64,000 bases of DNA from Torpedo marmorata (taxonomy: Eukaryota), in the NCBI GenBank assembly GCA_977017645.1, contig OZ360229.1:51150001-51214000 (forward strand), read 5' to 3'. The position numbers and the translations under genes are program-made. Shown piece by piece: positions 1-13,261 of the stretch. Within the stretch, counting starts at the first letter, position 1; the number at the start of each line of letters is the position of its first letter. Under the pieces are notes generated by a model that saw only the letters and a list, made by a program, of their open reading frames with translations, did not search any database and was not told the DNA's origin.

Positions 1-301
1 ATTTCTATCACTCCTGCCCCTCCACCCCCCCCCCCCACCCCACACACACACAAAATATTGTGGTCAGGGGTTAACATTTTTTAAAAATATTTTATTTAAA
101 ATTTTAAATCACAAAATACATAAGGTAAAATATAAAATTATCAAAATACATGTGATACATTTTCACCCCCCCTCCCTCCCTCCCCTCCCTCACCCTCCCA
201 CCCCTTCTAATCTACTAGAATAAAAAGAAAGAAAGAAAAAAAGAAAAAGATAGAATAAGGAGAATGTCAATCTAAAAAAAATACATCTATAACTAATTTT
301 A

Positions 302-2902
302 TTATGGAAGATAGGTTCGCCAGTCAGATCTGATGTCCAGAGATCTGCAAATCCTTAAACCAACAACCTTCATATATGGGCTCCATATTTTCAAAAAGAA
401 ATAATATTTATTACGAAGATTATAAGTAATTTTTTCAAGTGGTATAGCTGAACGAAGTTCTGCATGCCATCTCTCTAACCCTAAATCTACATCAGATTTC
501 CAAGTAATAGCAATACATTTCTTAGATACAGCTAAAGCAATTCGCAAAAATTCTATTTGATACATAATTAATTTCATCTTAATACTAACTCTTTTAATAT
601 CTCCAAACAAAAATATCATAGGGTCCATTGGGAATGTAATTTTTAATACTTTATCTAAAAAATTTTTAACTTTCAACCAAAAATCATAAACTTTTGGACA
701 GAACCATGTAGAATGTACAAAAGAACCTTCCTCTCTATTACATCTAAAACATAAGCCTGATAATGTCGTGTTAAATTATTTAAATTTTTTAGGTGTTAAA
801 TACAATTGATGAAAAAAATTATATTGCACTAATCTATATCTAACATTAACAATCTTTGTCATACTTAGTTTACATAATTCTTTCCAATCATCTTGATCTA
901 TTATTACATTTAAATCTGATTCCCATTTTAATCTTGATTTATGAATTCCTACATTAGGGATTTTTCTCTGAAACAGTCTATACATTTGAGAAATAAATTT
1001 ATTTACATCTCCATTAGTAACTAATAATTCTAATTCACTCTGTCTTGGTAAAGTTAAACTATAGCCTAATTTCCCAACCAAAAATGCTCTAATTTGAAAA
1101 TAAACAAAAAGTGTATTATCCAATATATTAAATTTATCTTTCATTCTTTGGAAAGTAATAAATTTACCAGCTTCAAAACAATCATTTATTTTCTTAATTC
1201 CTTTTTTAACCAAATTTTAAATAATTGATTATTAACAGTAAATGGAATAAGTTCATTTTGATATAGAGGCATTTTTGGAGAAATCAACCCTTTTCCTCCT
1301 ATTTCCCTAACCACTCTGTTCCATATTTCTAACAAATGTTTAAAGATAGGAGAATTCTTCCTTCTTGTTAATATTAATTTAGAATTCCATTTTATAAATA
1401 ACTTCTTCTTTGGAATCTTCTCCTATATTATTTTATTCTATTCTAATCCAAGCAGAAGACTTAGTTAAATCAAAAAGTTCATTAACAAATTTTAGTTGAG
1501 CTGCTTTATAGTAATTTTGAAAATTAGGAAGTTGTAAACCACCCATTTCATAATTCCAAGTTAATTTCTCTATACCTACTCTAGCCAACTTTCCTTTCTT
1601 AATTAGGTTTAAATCTTTAAAAAAAATTTTGAGGAATTTCATAAGGAATTGATTGAAAAAGATATTGAATTCTTGGAAAAACATTCATTTTGATACAATT
1701 TACCCTTCCCATTAAAGTTATAGGTAAATCCTTCCAACTCTCTAAATCTTTTTTAATTTTCATAAATAATGGTAAATAATTTAAGTTATACAACTTAACT
1801 AATTTTGTATCAATCTTTATTCCCAAATATTTAATTCCTTTTTTTGACCATTTAAATTGTGCAATTTCTTTATATTTACTATAATCCCCTTGCGTTAATG
1901 CCATAATTTCACTTTTATCAGAATTAATTTTATAACCAGATATTTCCCCGTATTCTCTCAATAAAGCAGTCAATTGTACTAAAGAAGTAATAGGTTTTGT
2001 CATATATATCAATACATCGTCTGCAAATAAACTAATTTTATGCTCTTCTCTTCCGACTTTAATACCTGCAATCATAATATCTTGTCTAATTAATTCTGCC
2101 AAAGTTTCTATTGCTAAAGTAAGCAATGCTGGTGACAAAGGACATCCTTGTCTAGTTGACCTGGTCAAAGGAAATCTTGAAGAAATTTGTCCATTTGTAA
2201 CCACTTTAGCAGATGCTTCTTTATATATAGTTTTAATCCAATTAATAAATGTAGTTCCAAAACCAAATTTCTCCAATACCTTAAATAAAAAATTCCACTC
2301 TAATCTATCAAAAGCCTTTTCAGCATCTAGTGTTAATACTAATGCTAAATCATCCTTTTTTTTATGCACATTAATTAAACTAATTAATCTAGCTATATTA
2401 TCCTTTGAATATCTATTTTTAATAAAACCAGCTTGATCTACATGGATTAAATCTGCCACTCTATTTGCTAAAATTTTTGCCATTATCTTATAATCCACAT
2501 TTAACAATGAAATTGGTCTATATGATTCTGTTTTCAACACATCTTTATCTTTTTTTGGTATAACTATAATTACTGCATTTGAAAATGTATCCGGTAACGA
2601 ATGAGTTTCCGTTATTTGTTTCAAGACATCCATATATGGAGGTAGCAATAAATCTTTAAACTCCTTATAAAATTCTGATGGAAAACCATCTTCCCCTGGA
2701 GATTTACCACTCAGTAAAGAAGTAAGAACCTCATTAACTTCCCTCATTGAAAAAGACGAGTCCAAAAATTCTTTACTTTGCGTATTTAATCTAGGTAACT
2801 TAATTTTAGATAAAAATCTATTAATTTTAGAATCATCTTGATCAATCTGAGATTTATATCAATTCAAGTAATAATCTTTAAAAGAGTCATTTATTTCTCG
2901 AG
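302..2902 (-). pseudogene. L1 ORF2 RT and C-terminal part (frameshifted)
   Basis: ORFs with GKSPGEDGF, YRPISLLNVDYK, LDAEKAFDR, RQGCPLSP, LFADD. Confidence 0.93.
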
Positions 2903-2913
2903 GTTTATACGTT

Positions 2914-5513
2914 TTATTTTTGTTTTTTTTTTGTTTTTTTTTATAATTTTATTTAAATTTTAAAATCACAAAATACATAAATCAAAAATAATATATCATT
3001 CCAAATACATGTGATATATTTCCTCCCCCCTCCCACCCTCCCCTCCCCAACCCCCCCACCACTACTCTAAAAAAAAGAAAAAGAGAAAAAAAAAATTAGT
3101 TATAAAGAAAAAAAAAGAAAAGAATTGAATAATAAAGAATTAAAGAATTAAAGTGAGGAGAAAACAAATTACAAGCTAATTCTATTTATATATTGGAGGT
3201 TAATTTTGCCAGCAGAGCCGACTTCTAGAGAATTAATTCATACCCATAATTCTCATATATGGGCTCCAAATTTTCAAAAAGAAATGATATTTATTACGTA
3301 AATTATATGTAATTTTTTCCAATGGTATACATGAATGTAATTCTGCATGTAATCTATCTAAATTCAAATCTAAATCTGATTTCCAAGTAATAGCAATACA
3401 TTTTTTTGAAACCGCTAAATCAATTCGCAAAAATTCTATTTGATACATATTTAATCTATTTCTAATACTAAATTTTTTAATATCTCCAAATAAAAATAAC
3501 ATAGGGTCCATTGGAACCGTAATATTAAAAATTCTATCCAAAAAATCTTTAACTTTAGACCAAAAGTCCTTAATTTTAGAACATAACCATGTTGAATGAA
3601 CAAACGAACCAATTTCATCTTTACATCTAAAACACATATCTGATAATGCCGGATTAAATTTCTTTAATTTTTTAGGTGTTAAATATAATTGATGAAAAAA
3701 ATTATATTGTACTAATCTATACCTAACATTAATAATTTTAGTCATACTCAATTTACATAAATCTTTCCAATGTTTTTCATCTATATTAATATTTAAGTCT
3801 GATTCCCATCTTAATCTTGATTTATGAAATCCTACCTTAGGCATTTTTCTCTGAAGTAATTTATACATTTGTGATATAAATTTGTTAACATTTCCATTAG
3901 TAATTAATAATTCTAATCCATCCTGTCTTGGAGCTATTAATTGATTCCCCAATTTCTCAACTAAAAATCCTTTAACCTGATAATAAACTAAAATTGTATT
4001 ATCCAATATTCCAAATTTTTCTTTCAGCCTGGAAAATGTAACAAATCTTCCAGCCTCAAAACAATCTTTAATCTTCTTAATTCCTTTTTGAAACCATAAT
4101 TTTAAAAATTGATCATCAATAGAAAAAGGTAATAATAAATTCTGAAACAATGGCGTATTTGGAGATAATAACCCTTTTCATCCTATCTCATTGTCTAACT
4201 GTGTCCAAATTTCCAACAAATGTTTAATAATCGGTGAATTTTTCTTTTTAATTAATAATAATTTAGAATTCCATTTATAAATAATATCTTCTTTATATCT
4301 CTCCCCTATATTATTCAATTCTATATTAATCCAAGCAGTAGATTTAGTTAAATCAAAAAATTCATTAATAAACTTTAATTGAGCTGCCTTATAATAATAT
4401 AAAAAATTGGGGAGTTGTAATCCACCCATCTCATAATTCCAAGTTAATTTATCCATACTTACTCTCGCTAATTTTCCCTTCCATAAAAATTTCCTAATAA
4501 TAATTTTTTAATCTTTAAAAAATTTTTGAGGAATTCCAAAAGGAATAGATTGAAAAAGGTTTTGAACTCTTGGAAAAATATTCATTTTAATACAATTCAC
4601 TCTTCCCATTAAAGTTATAGGTAAATCTTTCCAATTCTCCAAATCTTTCTTTATTTTCTGAAATAAAGGTATATAATTTAATTTATATAAATTTTCCAAT
4701 TTTGTATCTACTTTAACTCCCAATTATTTAATTCCTTCTTTAGCCCATTTAAATCCTGTAACTTCTTTGCATTTAGTATAATCTCCTTGAGATAAAGCCA
4801 TTATTTCACTCTTATCCGAATTTATTTTATAACCAGATATCTCACCATACTCCCTCAATATCTTAGCTAATTGTTGAAGTGATACAATAGATTTCATCAT
4901 ATATATTAATACATCATCTGCAAATAGACTAATTTTATGCTCTTCTGTACCTACTTTAATCCCATTTATATTAATATCTTTCCTAATCATTTCAGCCAAC
5001 GGTTCTATTGCCAATACAAATAAAGCAGGTGATAAAGAGCATCCTTGTCTTGTTGACCTCATCAAAGGGAATTTAGATGATATTTGACCATTTGTAATTA
5101 CTCTAGCTGTAGGTTCTTTATATATAGTTTTAATCCAATTTATAAAAGTATTTCCAAATCCATATTTCACTAAGACCTTAAATAAAAAATTCCATTCTAG
5201 TCTATCAAATGCTTTTTCTGCGTCTAATGTTATCACCAACGGCAAATCTTGTTTCCTTTTTTGCAAATTAATTAAACTTATTAATCTTGCTATATTATCT
5301 TTCGAATATCTATTTTTAATAAATCGTGCTTGATCTGAATGTATTAAAATCGGTAAATACTTAGCTAATCTATTTGTCAAAATTTTTGCCATTATTTTAT
5401 AATCTACATTCAACAATGATATAGGTCTGTATGACTCAGTTTTTAATACATCTCTATCTTTCTTTGGTATAACTGTAATAATAGCATTCAAAAAAGTTTT
5501 CGGTAATAAATGA
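2914..5513 (-). mobile_element. Nested 5'-truncated L1 (related subfamily) inside ORF2 of the outer L1
   Basis: TSD gtttatacgtt at 2903-2913 and 5514-5524; own poly(A) tail (T-run from 2914); RT motifs and zinc knuckle CFRCKDEIGSFVHSTWLC. Confidence 0.93.
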
Positions 5514-5523
5514 GTTTATACGT

Positions 5524-6726
5524 TATTTTCTTAGAATTCTTTTTTATAGCATTTATAGTTCTAGAAGTTTGATCTTTCTTTAATTGCCACGCCAACACTT
5601 TATGTGCTCTTTCTCCCAATTCATAATATCTTTGTTTAGTTCTTTCAATTAATTTTGCCATTTTGTATGTTTGTAACAAAGAATAATGCAATTTTTTTTC
5701 CAACTAAATTACTCCTTTTTTCTTCTGATCTCTTTTTTTGCAAATCCTTCTCCAAACATTCAATCTCCCTCTCCAAATTATCCACCTCTCGAAGATAGTC
5801 CTTCTTAATTTTTGCTGAATAACTTATTATTTGACCTCTTAAATAAGCCTTTAAAGCTTCCCAAATAATAAATTTATTATCAGTCGAATTAGAATTTATT
5901 TGTAAAAATTCCTGAATTTCCCTTCTTATATAATCACAAAAATCCATTATTTTTAATAAAGAAAAATTAAATCTCCACCCCTATATATTTTTTTCTTTTT
6001 CTGGAATTATACAAGACATTAATAAAGGCGAATGATCAGAAATTATTCTCGCTTTATAAGATGCTTGTGTTACTCTATCTTGAACTTGTGAAGACAATAA
6101 AAACAAATCTATCCTAGAATATGAATCATGTCTAAAAGAATAAAAAGGGTAGTCTTTTTCTCTAGGATTCAATTTTCTCCAAATATCTATTAAATTTAAG
6201 TCTTTCATCAAAGTAAGAACACTTTTGGCAATTTTAGATTTAGCAACTGATCTTGATGTTTTATCCATTATCGGATCTAAACAACAGTTACAATCCCCAC
6301 CAATTAAAATATTATCATTAGCTTCTGACAAATGCAAAAAAGAATCTTGAATAAATTGTTCATCATCCGCATTTGGTACATATATATTCATAAGTGTCCA
6401 CAATTCCGAATATATCTGACAATGTATTAAAACATATCTACCTACCACATCTATAACAACAGATTGTATTTTAAAAGGTAACTTTTTATTAACTAATATG
6501 GCTACTCCTCTTGCTTTAGAATTAAATGAAGAAGAACCACTTGACCAACCCATTCTGTTTTTAACTTCTGATGTTCCAAATCTGTCAAATGTGTCTCTTG
6601 TAAAAAAGTTATGTCTACTTTTAACTTTTTAATATGCGCTAAAGTTCTCTTTCTTTTAATCGGGTTATTTAGCCCATTTATATTAATACTTACTACATTT
6701 ATTGTTTTACTATCCATCATTACCAA
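5524..6726 (-). pseudogene. L1 ORF2 N-terminal APE endonuclease and linker of the outer copy
   Basis: SININGLN, FLQETHL, RGVAIL, SRIDLFL, ISDHSP motifs; frame rejoins at 2902 (KITYK|PREINDSF) when the nested L1 is removed. Confidence 0.93.
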
Positions 6727-8247
6727 ATTTTATTAAATCTCTCTCCATCAAATCCACTAGCACCTTCCTCCAGAATCGTAATCTATTTAGGGGTTAACAT
6801 TGATCCCACCATTAATATGCTTTTAATCTGGTGAAACATCTCAAAGATGATCTATGAAGAGTGATTGCTGTCTTAAAAAGAGTTTGAGTTTAGTCTTATT
6901 TATCCCTTGAAGAAAATGTTTGTTTGCCTTTAGGTTAGTTATGCTTTAGATTAATGGCTTATTGCAATTCAGTGAAATCTCTGATAACTATCCTCGGATT
7001 TCAAAAGTCCTTTCACTAATTACGTACTAACCTTTAGTGGAAAGAAGGATGGGAGAAGAGTGATGCAAAGGAAGATGTGACATGAGGCTGTTCTTCTGAG
7101 AGGAACAGTAGGTAAAGCTTTTACTGGAAACAAATGTAAGTAACTTACTCCAGATTAATGTTTGTGCAAAAGGAGCAATCAGAATATTTCTTGAAATAAT
7201 TTTCATGTTGGAGATTAGTTGTTAAGTTGTTCTTTTTAGCAACCACAGAATAATGACTTAACGACAAGTTGAAAGATGAAGGACCATATAGAAGTATTGA
7301 CAATGGTATCTTAGTTTCCTGTAATGGACTGAACTCCCACCTTCTGAAGTTTCCAATTAACAGAATTAATGGAAGAAAATAACATACAGATTATTGCAGC
7401 TCTACTTTTAAAACAGGTATCTATAATCACACTTATGTGAAATAAAATATTTTGCTTCTATTACTTTAGTTTCTTTCTGCACACAAACAATATTTAATCA
7501 ATTAATCATTCATGTAATATACTTAAAATAGTCGTATTTGTGACTGAATCATCACTAAAACACCACGCCTGTTCCCTGCAGTCAAATTACTGATAAAAAT
7601 ACCTTAATAAAAGCAACCTGCAAAGTAATATTGCCCTTGAGTAAAGCAGACTGGTGGCAAAATAAAATTCATTCAAAATAAACTCCACGTGCCTTTTAAA
7701 CATATTTTTGGCAAGGAAGGGAGGCAGAGTGGAAAATGTTTTGCAAATGCTTATCATTATTTCAAATGATAAAAAAAAACATCATTTGAGAGGAGGAACA
7801 GTGTTCCCAATACAGTAGGAAGAGTGTTCGAGATAAAAATGAAATAAATCATTTTGCAATATATATGGCAGTTTCCAAATGTAGCACGAGAAATTGAGTA
7901 GCACTATTAAAATGCTTAAGCTTTAATATCTGCTGGAACTGTGTGAACAATCATGTGTATTTTATTTCTTTAGAAATGTTTCAAAGTAATAAATAGATTT
8001 CAATTGTATGAATTTCCTGCATGCAGATAGCATTCACAAAAGAGTTATGGAAAGTTAATTTAGTCATTACAGTGTCATATTTAACTTGGAGATGACCTAA
8101 AATCAGATCCCTATCAAGTCTTCACAACATTATTTTGACTTTTTTTAAAATCATCCAGCTAAAAGGTTGCTGAGGAAATGGAAAATGATGGTGGAAATAG
8201 CAGTCTAAGAGGATTTCAATATCCAGTTATAAAAAAGAATTCTGAAG

Positions 8248-8508
8248 ACTTATGATGGGTTTAGACAGAGTAAATGCAAGTTGGCTTTTTCCACTGAGGT
8301 TAGGTGAGATACAAACCAGAGGATATGGGTTGAGGGTGAATGCAGGTTCAATTTTAACATTTAAGAAAAATTTGGACAGGTACATGGATGGGAGGGGTAT
8401 GGAGGGATATGGATTGGATGAAGGTCAGTAGGACTAGGCAGAATACTAATTTGGCACAGACTAGAAGGGCCGATGGGCCGGTTCCTGTGCTGTAATATTC
8501 TATGGTTC
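8248..8508 (+). mobile_element. CR1-type LINE 3' end fragment
   Basis: Resembles the 3' end of the CR1 at 42204-42500 (ggacaggtacatggat...gggccgatgggcc...cctgtgctgtaa...tctatg). Confidence 0.65.
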
Positions 8509-8669
8509 CAAAACATAGTGGCAGCAAAGAAGCTAACAACGTACTTCCTTAATGATCTTTGCAAAATTTGACTTGGTCTATTGAAATGTGGAAGCCCAGA
8601 AATTTATTCCATGAACATTTCTGGTTTGTGGCACCAGCTGACCAAACTGTTGTGTCTGAGTCCTAATTA

Positions 8670-10395
8670 CCATATATTTTGGCGTATAAGTCGAGTCTTG
8701 AAACCCTCAAAAATCTCTCAAAAAATGGGGGTCGACTTATACGCCGGATATACTTTTGAGACCTTAAAATCAGCTCAAAAACCGCTCCACGCCGATTCGG
8801 CGTATAAGTCGACCCTTGAAAACCCGATTTGGCGTATAAGTTGACCCTTGAAAAACCAAAACAAAACCCGACTGCAACAAATATTCATTGACATTTTTAT
8901 TGAAAACAACAAGACATTTAGAACCCTTCAAAATCACTTTCACTATCATCGTCTGAGGCAAAGATCTCGGCAAGCACATCCGGGGTCTCACTGTTTAAAC
9001 AGTCATCGTACGGGTCCCAGTCTGTATCTGATGAGGCGGCTTCAGCTTCATCATCAGTATCCCACAATAAATCATCTTCCGTACCATCAATTGCACAAGA
9101 GATACCGCACTTTTTAAACGATTTTATTATAGTCTCTACTTTCACTTGTCCCATGCCTTGAGCACAAAGTCACACAGCACATCAAGCAATGCAGCACGCA
9201 TTGCCCCGCCTTTTGTAAATGATTTTTCTGCACTCGACATCCATGTATTCCACTCTTCATGCACATGGTCTTTGAATGGCTTGTTCAAGCAGACATCGAG
9301 AGGTTGCAATATAGACGTCAAACCACCCGGGATAACCACCATGTAAGTATTATGTTGTGTTAAGCTACTTTTAGTGTTCTCAGTTAAGTGGCTACAAAAC
9401 ATATCCCAGACCAGCAAACTCCGTTCCTTGCATAAACCGCCTGGCCGCCTGTTCCACACATTGTCTATCCATAGTTTTACACCATTTTCATCCATCCATC
9501 CTTTTTCATGAAAATGTACAAAAATACCCGCAGGGAATTTTATTTTAGGTTTAAATTTACGTTTGAAGATTACCATGGGTCTTAACTTTATCCCGTCAGC
9601 CATGCACGATAACACCACAGTAAACCTGGTCCTTTCATGGCCTGTACTCCTGGTTTGCACAGTTTCACACCTTTCCATTCCACTGTTCTATTGCCTATCA
9701 TGTCAAAATTCATGGGGGTTTTGTTCATGTTTCCAATATTTGCCAATGCAAACTTGTGTTTCTGCCAGTTACGTAAAATAAACTGGTAAAAACTTACAAC
9801 TTTATGATCAAGATCTTTTGGTAGTTTCTGAGCAATTTTTGTTTTTTGTCGTAATACCAGATTTTTCCTGTTCATGAAACAGTTGCACCAGCCTACTGTA
9901 GCTTCAAAATCTTTATTGAGTTCTGGGTGTGACTTTGCCCACTTCAGTGCAAATGTTCTTATTTTATTTCGGGTGACTATGTAGCAATCTTGCCTCTGTT
10001 CACGTACCCATGCTGCAACATGATTTTCCAACTCTGGCCAATGAGTGATTCCTCTTCTCATCGAACATTGCCTTTTTGGTATTTTTCTTAAAGTATCTTC
10101 TTTCTTCCTCCAATCTCTTACCAACTTCTCATATATATCAAATTTTCTTGCAGAAGCACAGTTGTTGGTTTGCTTAGCCATTTCTATCACTTTTAATTTA
10201 AAACTCGCCTCATACTTTCATCGTTTCAATTGAGCCTCCATGATAATAATCACCTCCAGCCAATGCCCAGCAGCTCAATCATCGCGATTTTTGGGGGTCG
10301 ACTTATACGCTGGATATACAATAAAACCATTAAAATGAGGATGAAAAAGGGGGGTCAACTTATTCGCAAGTCGACTCATATGCCAAAATATATGG
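8670..10395 (-). mobile_element. pogo-superfamily DNA transposon (POGK/Passer-like), full length, defective
   Basis: 25-bp TIRs ccatatattttggcgtataagtcga (8670-8694) and tcgactcatatgccaaaatatatgg (10371-10395), 2 mismatches; TA on both flanks. Confidence 0.93.
8918..10241 (-). pseudogene. pogo transposase (Brinker-like DBD, CENP-B-type HTH, DDE_1), with a stop and frameshifts
   Basis: YEASFKLKVIEMA, WVREQRQ, IGNMNKTP, GWMD, LLVWD, IPGGLTSILQPLDVCLNKPFK, IKSFKKCGIS, acidic tail. Confidence 0.9.
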
Positions 10396-10944
10396 TAAAT
10401 CAGAATCGCTCCCTCATGTCCATGCATTAATTTGATCAATGTGTAGTATTTTGTTTGCATTCATTCAAATTATAGAATGATGATCTGTTCAAAAAGTCTC
10501 AGCAAGAGACCATGTTTGATCTACAATAGCTGTAATTATTAAGGAAGTCTTCTGGAAGCCACTAACTTCCTTGCCCACTCCCTACCCCTCATTGGTCTGA
10601 CTCATTGACCTGGAAAACAGTTATAATATTTTTTCCATGGTTTTGAAATTAGTTCTTTTGTGTTTGAAGACATTCATGTAACAGTGGTGTAAGTCGAAGC
10701 TGAACATTATCTTGTTCTTGGAAACCTATGACCATGATAAGAAATGGAAATAATGATATAAAGAGGAATTAAAACTATTAGGTGATAAAATTCAATTACG
10801 GACAGGGTTAAAATAAAAGTAAAATATTTTGGCCAACGTTTCTTTCCATCAACTGTTTGTTGTACATTTACAAGGTAATTTTTATCTACACCTTATGCTC
10901 TTCTAACCCTCTTTTTCATTAAAATTTACTTCCTTGATCAAACT

Positions 10945-11020
10945 TTCAAAAACGTAGGTTAATGGGGTGTAATTTGGGTGGCACGGACTTGTAGGGCCAA
11001 ATTGTGCTGTATGTCTAATT
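10945..11020 (+). mobile_element. 3' fragment of tRNA-derived SINE
   Basis: Matches the 3' part of the SINE at 34519-34775 (ggggtgtaatt...ggcacgg...gtgctgtatgtctaa). Confidence 0.55.
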
Positions 11021-13261
11021 TTATTTTATTTTATTTTTTTATCTGCTCTAATCTCTCTGTACCTTTTATTTCAGATATCCAGCAGTTACTTTGATGCGAA
11101 TCTTAGTGCCAGCATTGCTTGTTTCCTCTTCTGATTCTTCTTCCTCTATTTACACCTCCCTCAGGCAGGCAGCTGTGGTTAGCAAGCCTTCACCACCCTC
11201 TCTTAAATGGCAACAACATTTGTATCATCAGGATTCCCTTGGTATCCATCCCATCACCAACGTTGCCTTTATTCTCTCCATTTAAGCACCCCCCCCCACC
11301 CCACAACACACACACACGTACTTGTTTATCACTTTTCCAGGACAGATGAAAGATGATTGCCTAGTGATTTCAACTTCATTTTGTCGCTCTCCAGATCCTG
11401 CCAGACCCGTGAGAATTTCCAATATTTTCCGTTTTCTATTTCATTTCACAAATACTTTTGATGGATTAGCTCCTATCAATACAGGCTGTTGGTGTTTACC
11501 TGATATCCTAGTTGTACCTTTCCTGTGACTTACTTTTGTCCTCGTAGAACTGAACAGAACACTCCAAACTTGACAACTAAAACCTTGGACTAAAATACTT
11601 CTGAAGTGACCTTTAAAAAAAAAAATCTTTTCATTTTTAACAACATTTTTACAATTTGAAATCTTACATTTTTAAAATCACCCAATCTGCCTTTGGAAAT
11701 GCATTCATTTCAAACAACTTTGCCTTCTGTTTCCCCAAAATGTTCCTCCTCACATTTGCCCAGGTTGGAATACATGTGCCACGATGATGGCCACTCCCTC
11801 AACTTGTCCTCCAGCATTCTTCATGGTTCTTTGTCATGCTGAAAATCATTAGCTCCTTATGCCCACATCCAAATTGTTCATGCAAAGGAGGCATTAAGGA
11901 GCAATGACATCTGTACATTGACATCTGCTTTATTCTGTTTTAAGCTTTCTGTTCTTATATACTCCATTCATCTTTGCTCCCTTTTTATCTTTCAGTTTTG
12001 CATCTCTTATTGGCACTTTATCAAATACTTTTTGAAAGTTCAAACATACCATATCTATTGCATTCCCTTTGTTCATTCACTTGGTAATTTCCTTGGAGAA
12101 TTTGATTATAAAAGTCAAGCTTGACCTACCCCTTGCAAATCTGTGTTCACAATGCCTCTGGCTGATTGAAGCACAAATCTGAATTTCCAATTACGTTTAC
12201 AATCATTAAGCATATCCTTAAACACTTTCTGTACATAATTATATTCCTATATTAAAATTGTTAAATAAAAAGCAGATGCTGTTGAGGGGGGTGGGGGGGA
12301 TGATAAATACTGGTGGCATGAAGCATGTGTTTTTTTTGGAACCTATCGTTATCTGATGCAGCAGGTCAATAATAACGTTATTTCCACAGTTAGACTCCCC
12401 AAATGTATGCTTTGGAAAGAAATTCAGAAATCAACACATTCAGAAACAGTGAAGAAAATTGGAAATAAACATTTCATAGTACAGATTAAATTTATTGAAG
12501 GGAGAAATTGGCCAACCGCAAAAACAGGTATAGGATTGGGAAATATGATTAAATTGTTCCCACGCAAAACACTGCAGGCAGCACATTAAATTAATCCAGT
12601 GTGCTGCTTTACATGACTCCTCGTGTAACTCTGCACTGTTCGCAGGTTGTCTGGAGTCCGAAATCACAAGTGCTTCATAACGGTCAAAGGCTGGAGGCAT
12701 CTTTGAAAAAAGATAAAAGCAAAATGTTGTAGCAGCTGGACACCAGAAATAAAAACAGATAATTTTGGAAATGCTCATCAGTTGAATTGATTTTTTTGTT
12801 GTCACATACAGTGAAAAACGTTATCTTGTGTGCCATCTAAGCAAGTCAACCCATACTTAATTACAACAGATAGTGAAAATTAAAACAAAACTGCAGAACA
12901 TAGTGTAACAAAGGTTCAGTTAAAAGTTTCAAGGGCAGCAACATTTTACTAATGAAAAGTCCATTCAATCGTCTGATAATAGCACCATCCACAGAGAAGG
13001 AAACAAATTTAGAGTTTCTTAAATATCAGAGATGCAGAGTTTCTAGGATGTGGAGAAAGATGTGAAAGAAGGAGGGAAGAAAAGGGAAAAACTGAAAGTT
13101 TTCATCCACTCTCGCATATTCACTGATAGCCCCACCCACCTCTGCACAGTCCCATGGCACCACAGATAATGCAACACTTGTCCTATCCCTTCTTGTCATC
13201 CAGGAACACAACATTCTTTCCAGGTTCGGCAGGGATTTATTCTATCAGTTTCAAGTTAGAG

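Larger units (their letters stand above)
79..6788 (-). mobile_element. L1-clade LINE (outer copy), 5'-truncated just upstream of ORF2, interrupted by a nested L1
   Basis: 13-bp direct repeat aggggttaacatt at 66-78 and 6789-6801 (TSD); A-rich tail and G-rich 3'UTR near 79-200; fragmented ORF2 with endonuclease, RT and C-terminal region. Confidence 0.93.
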
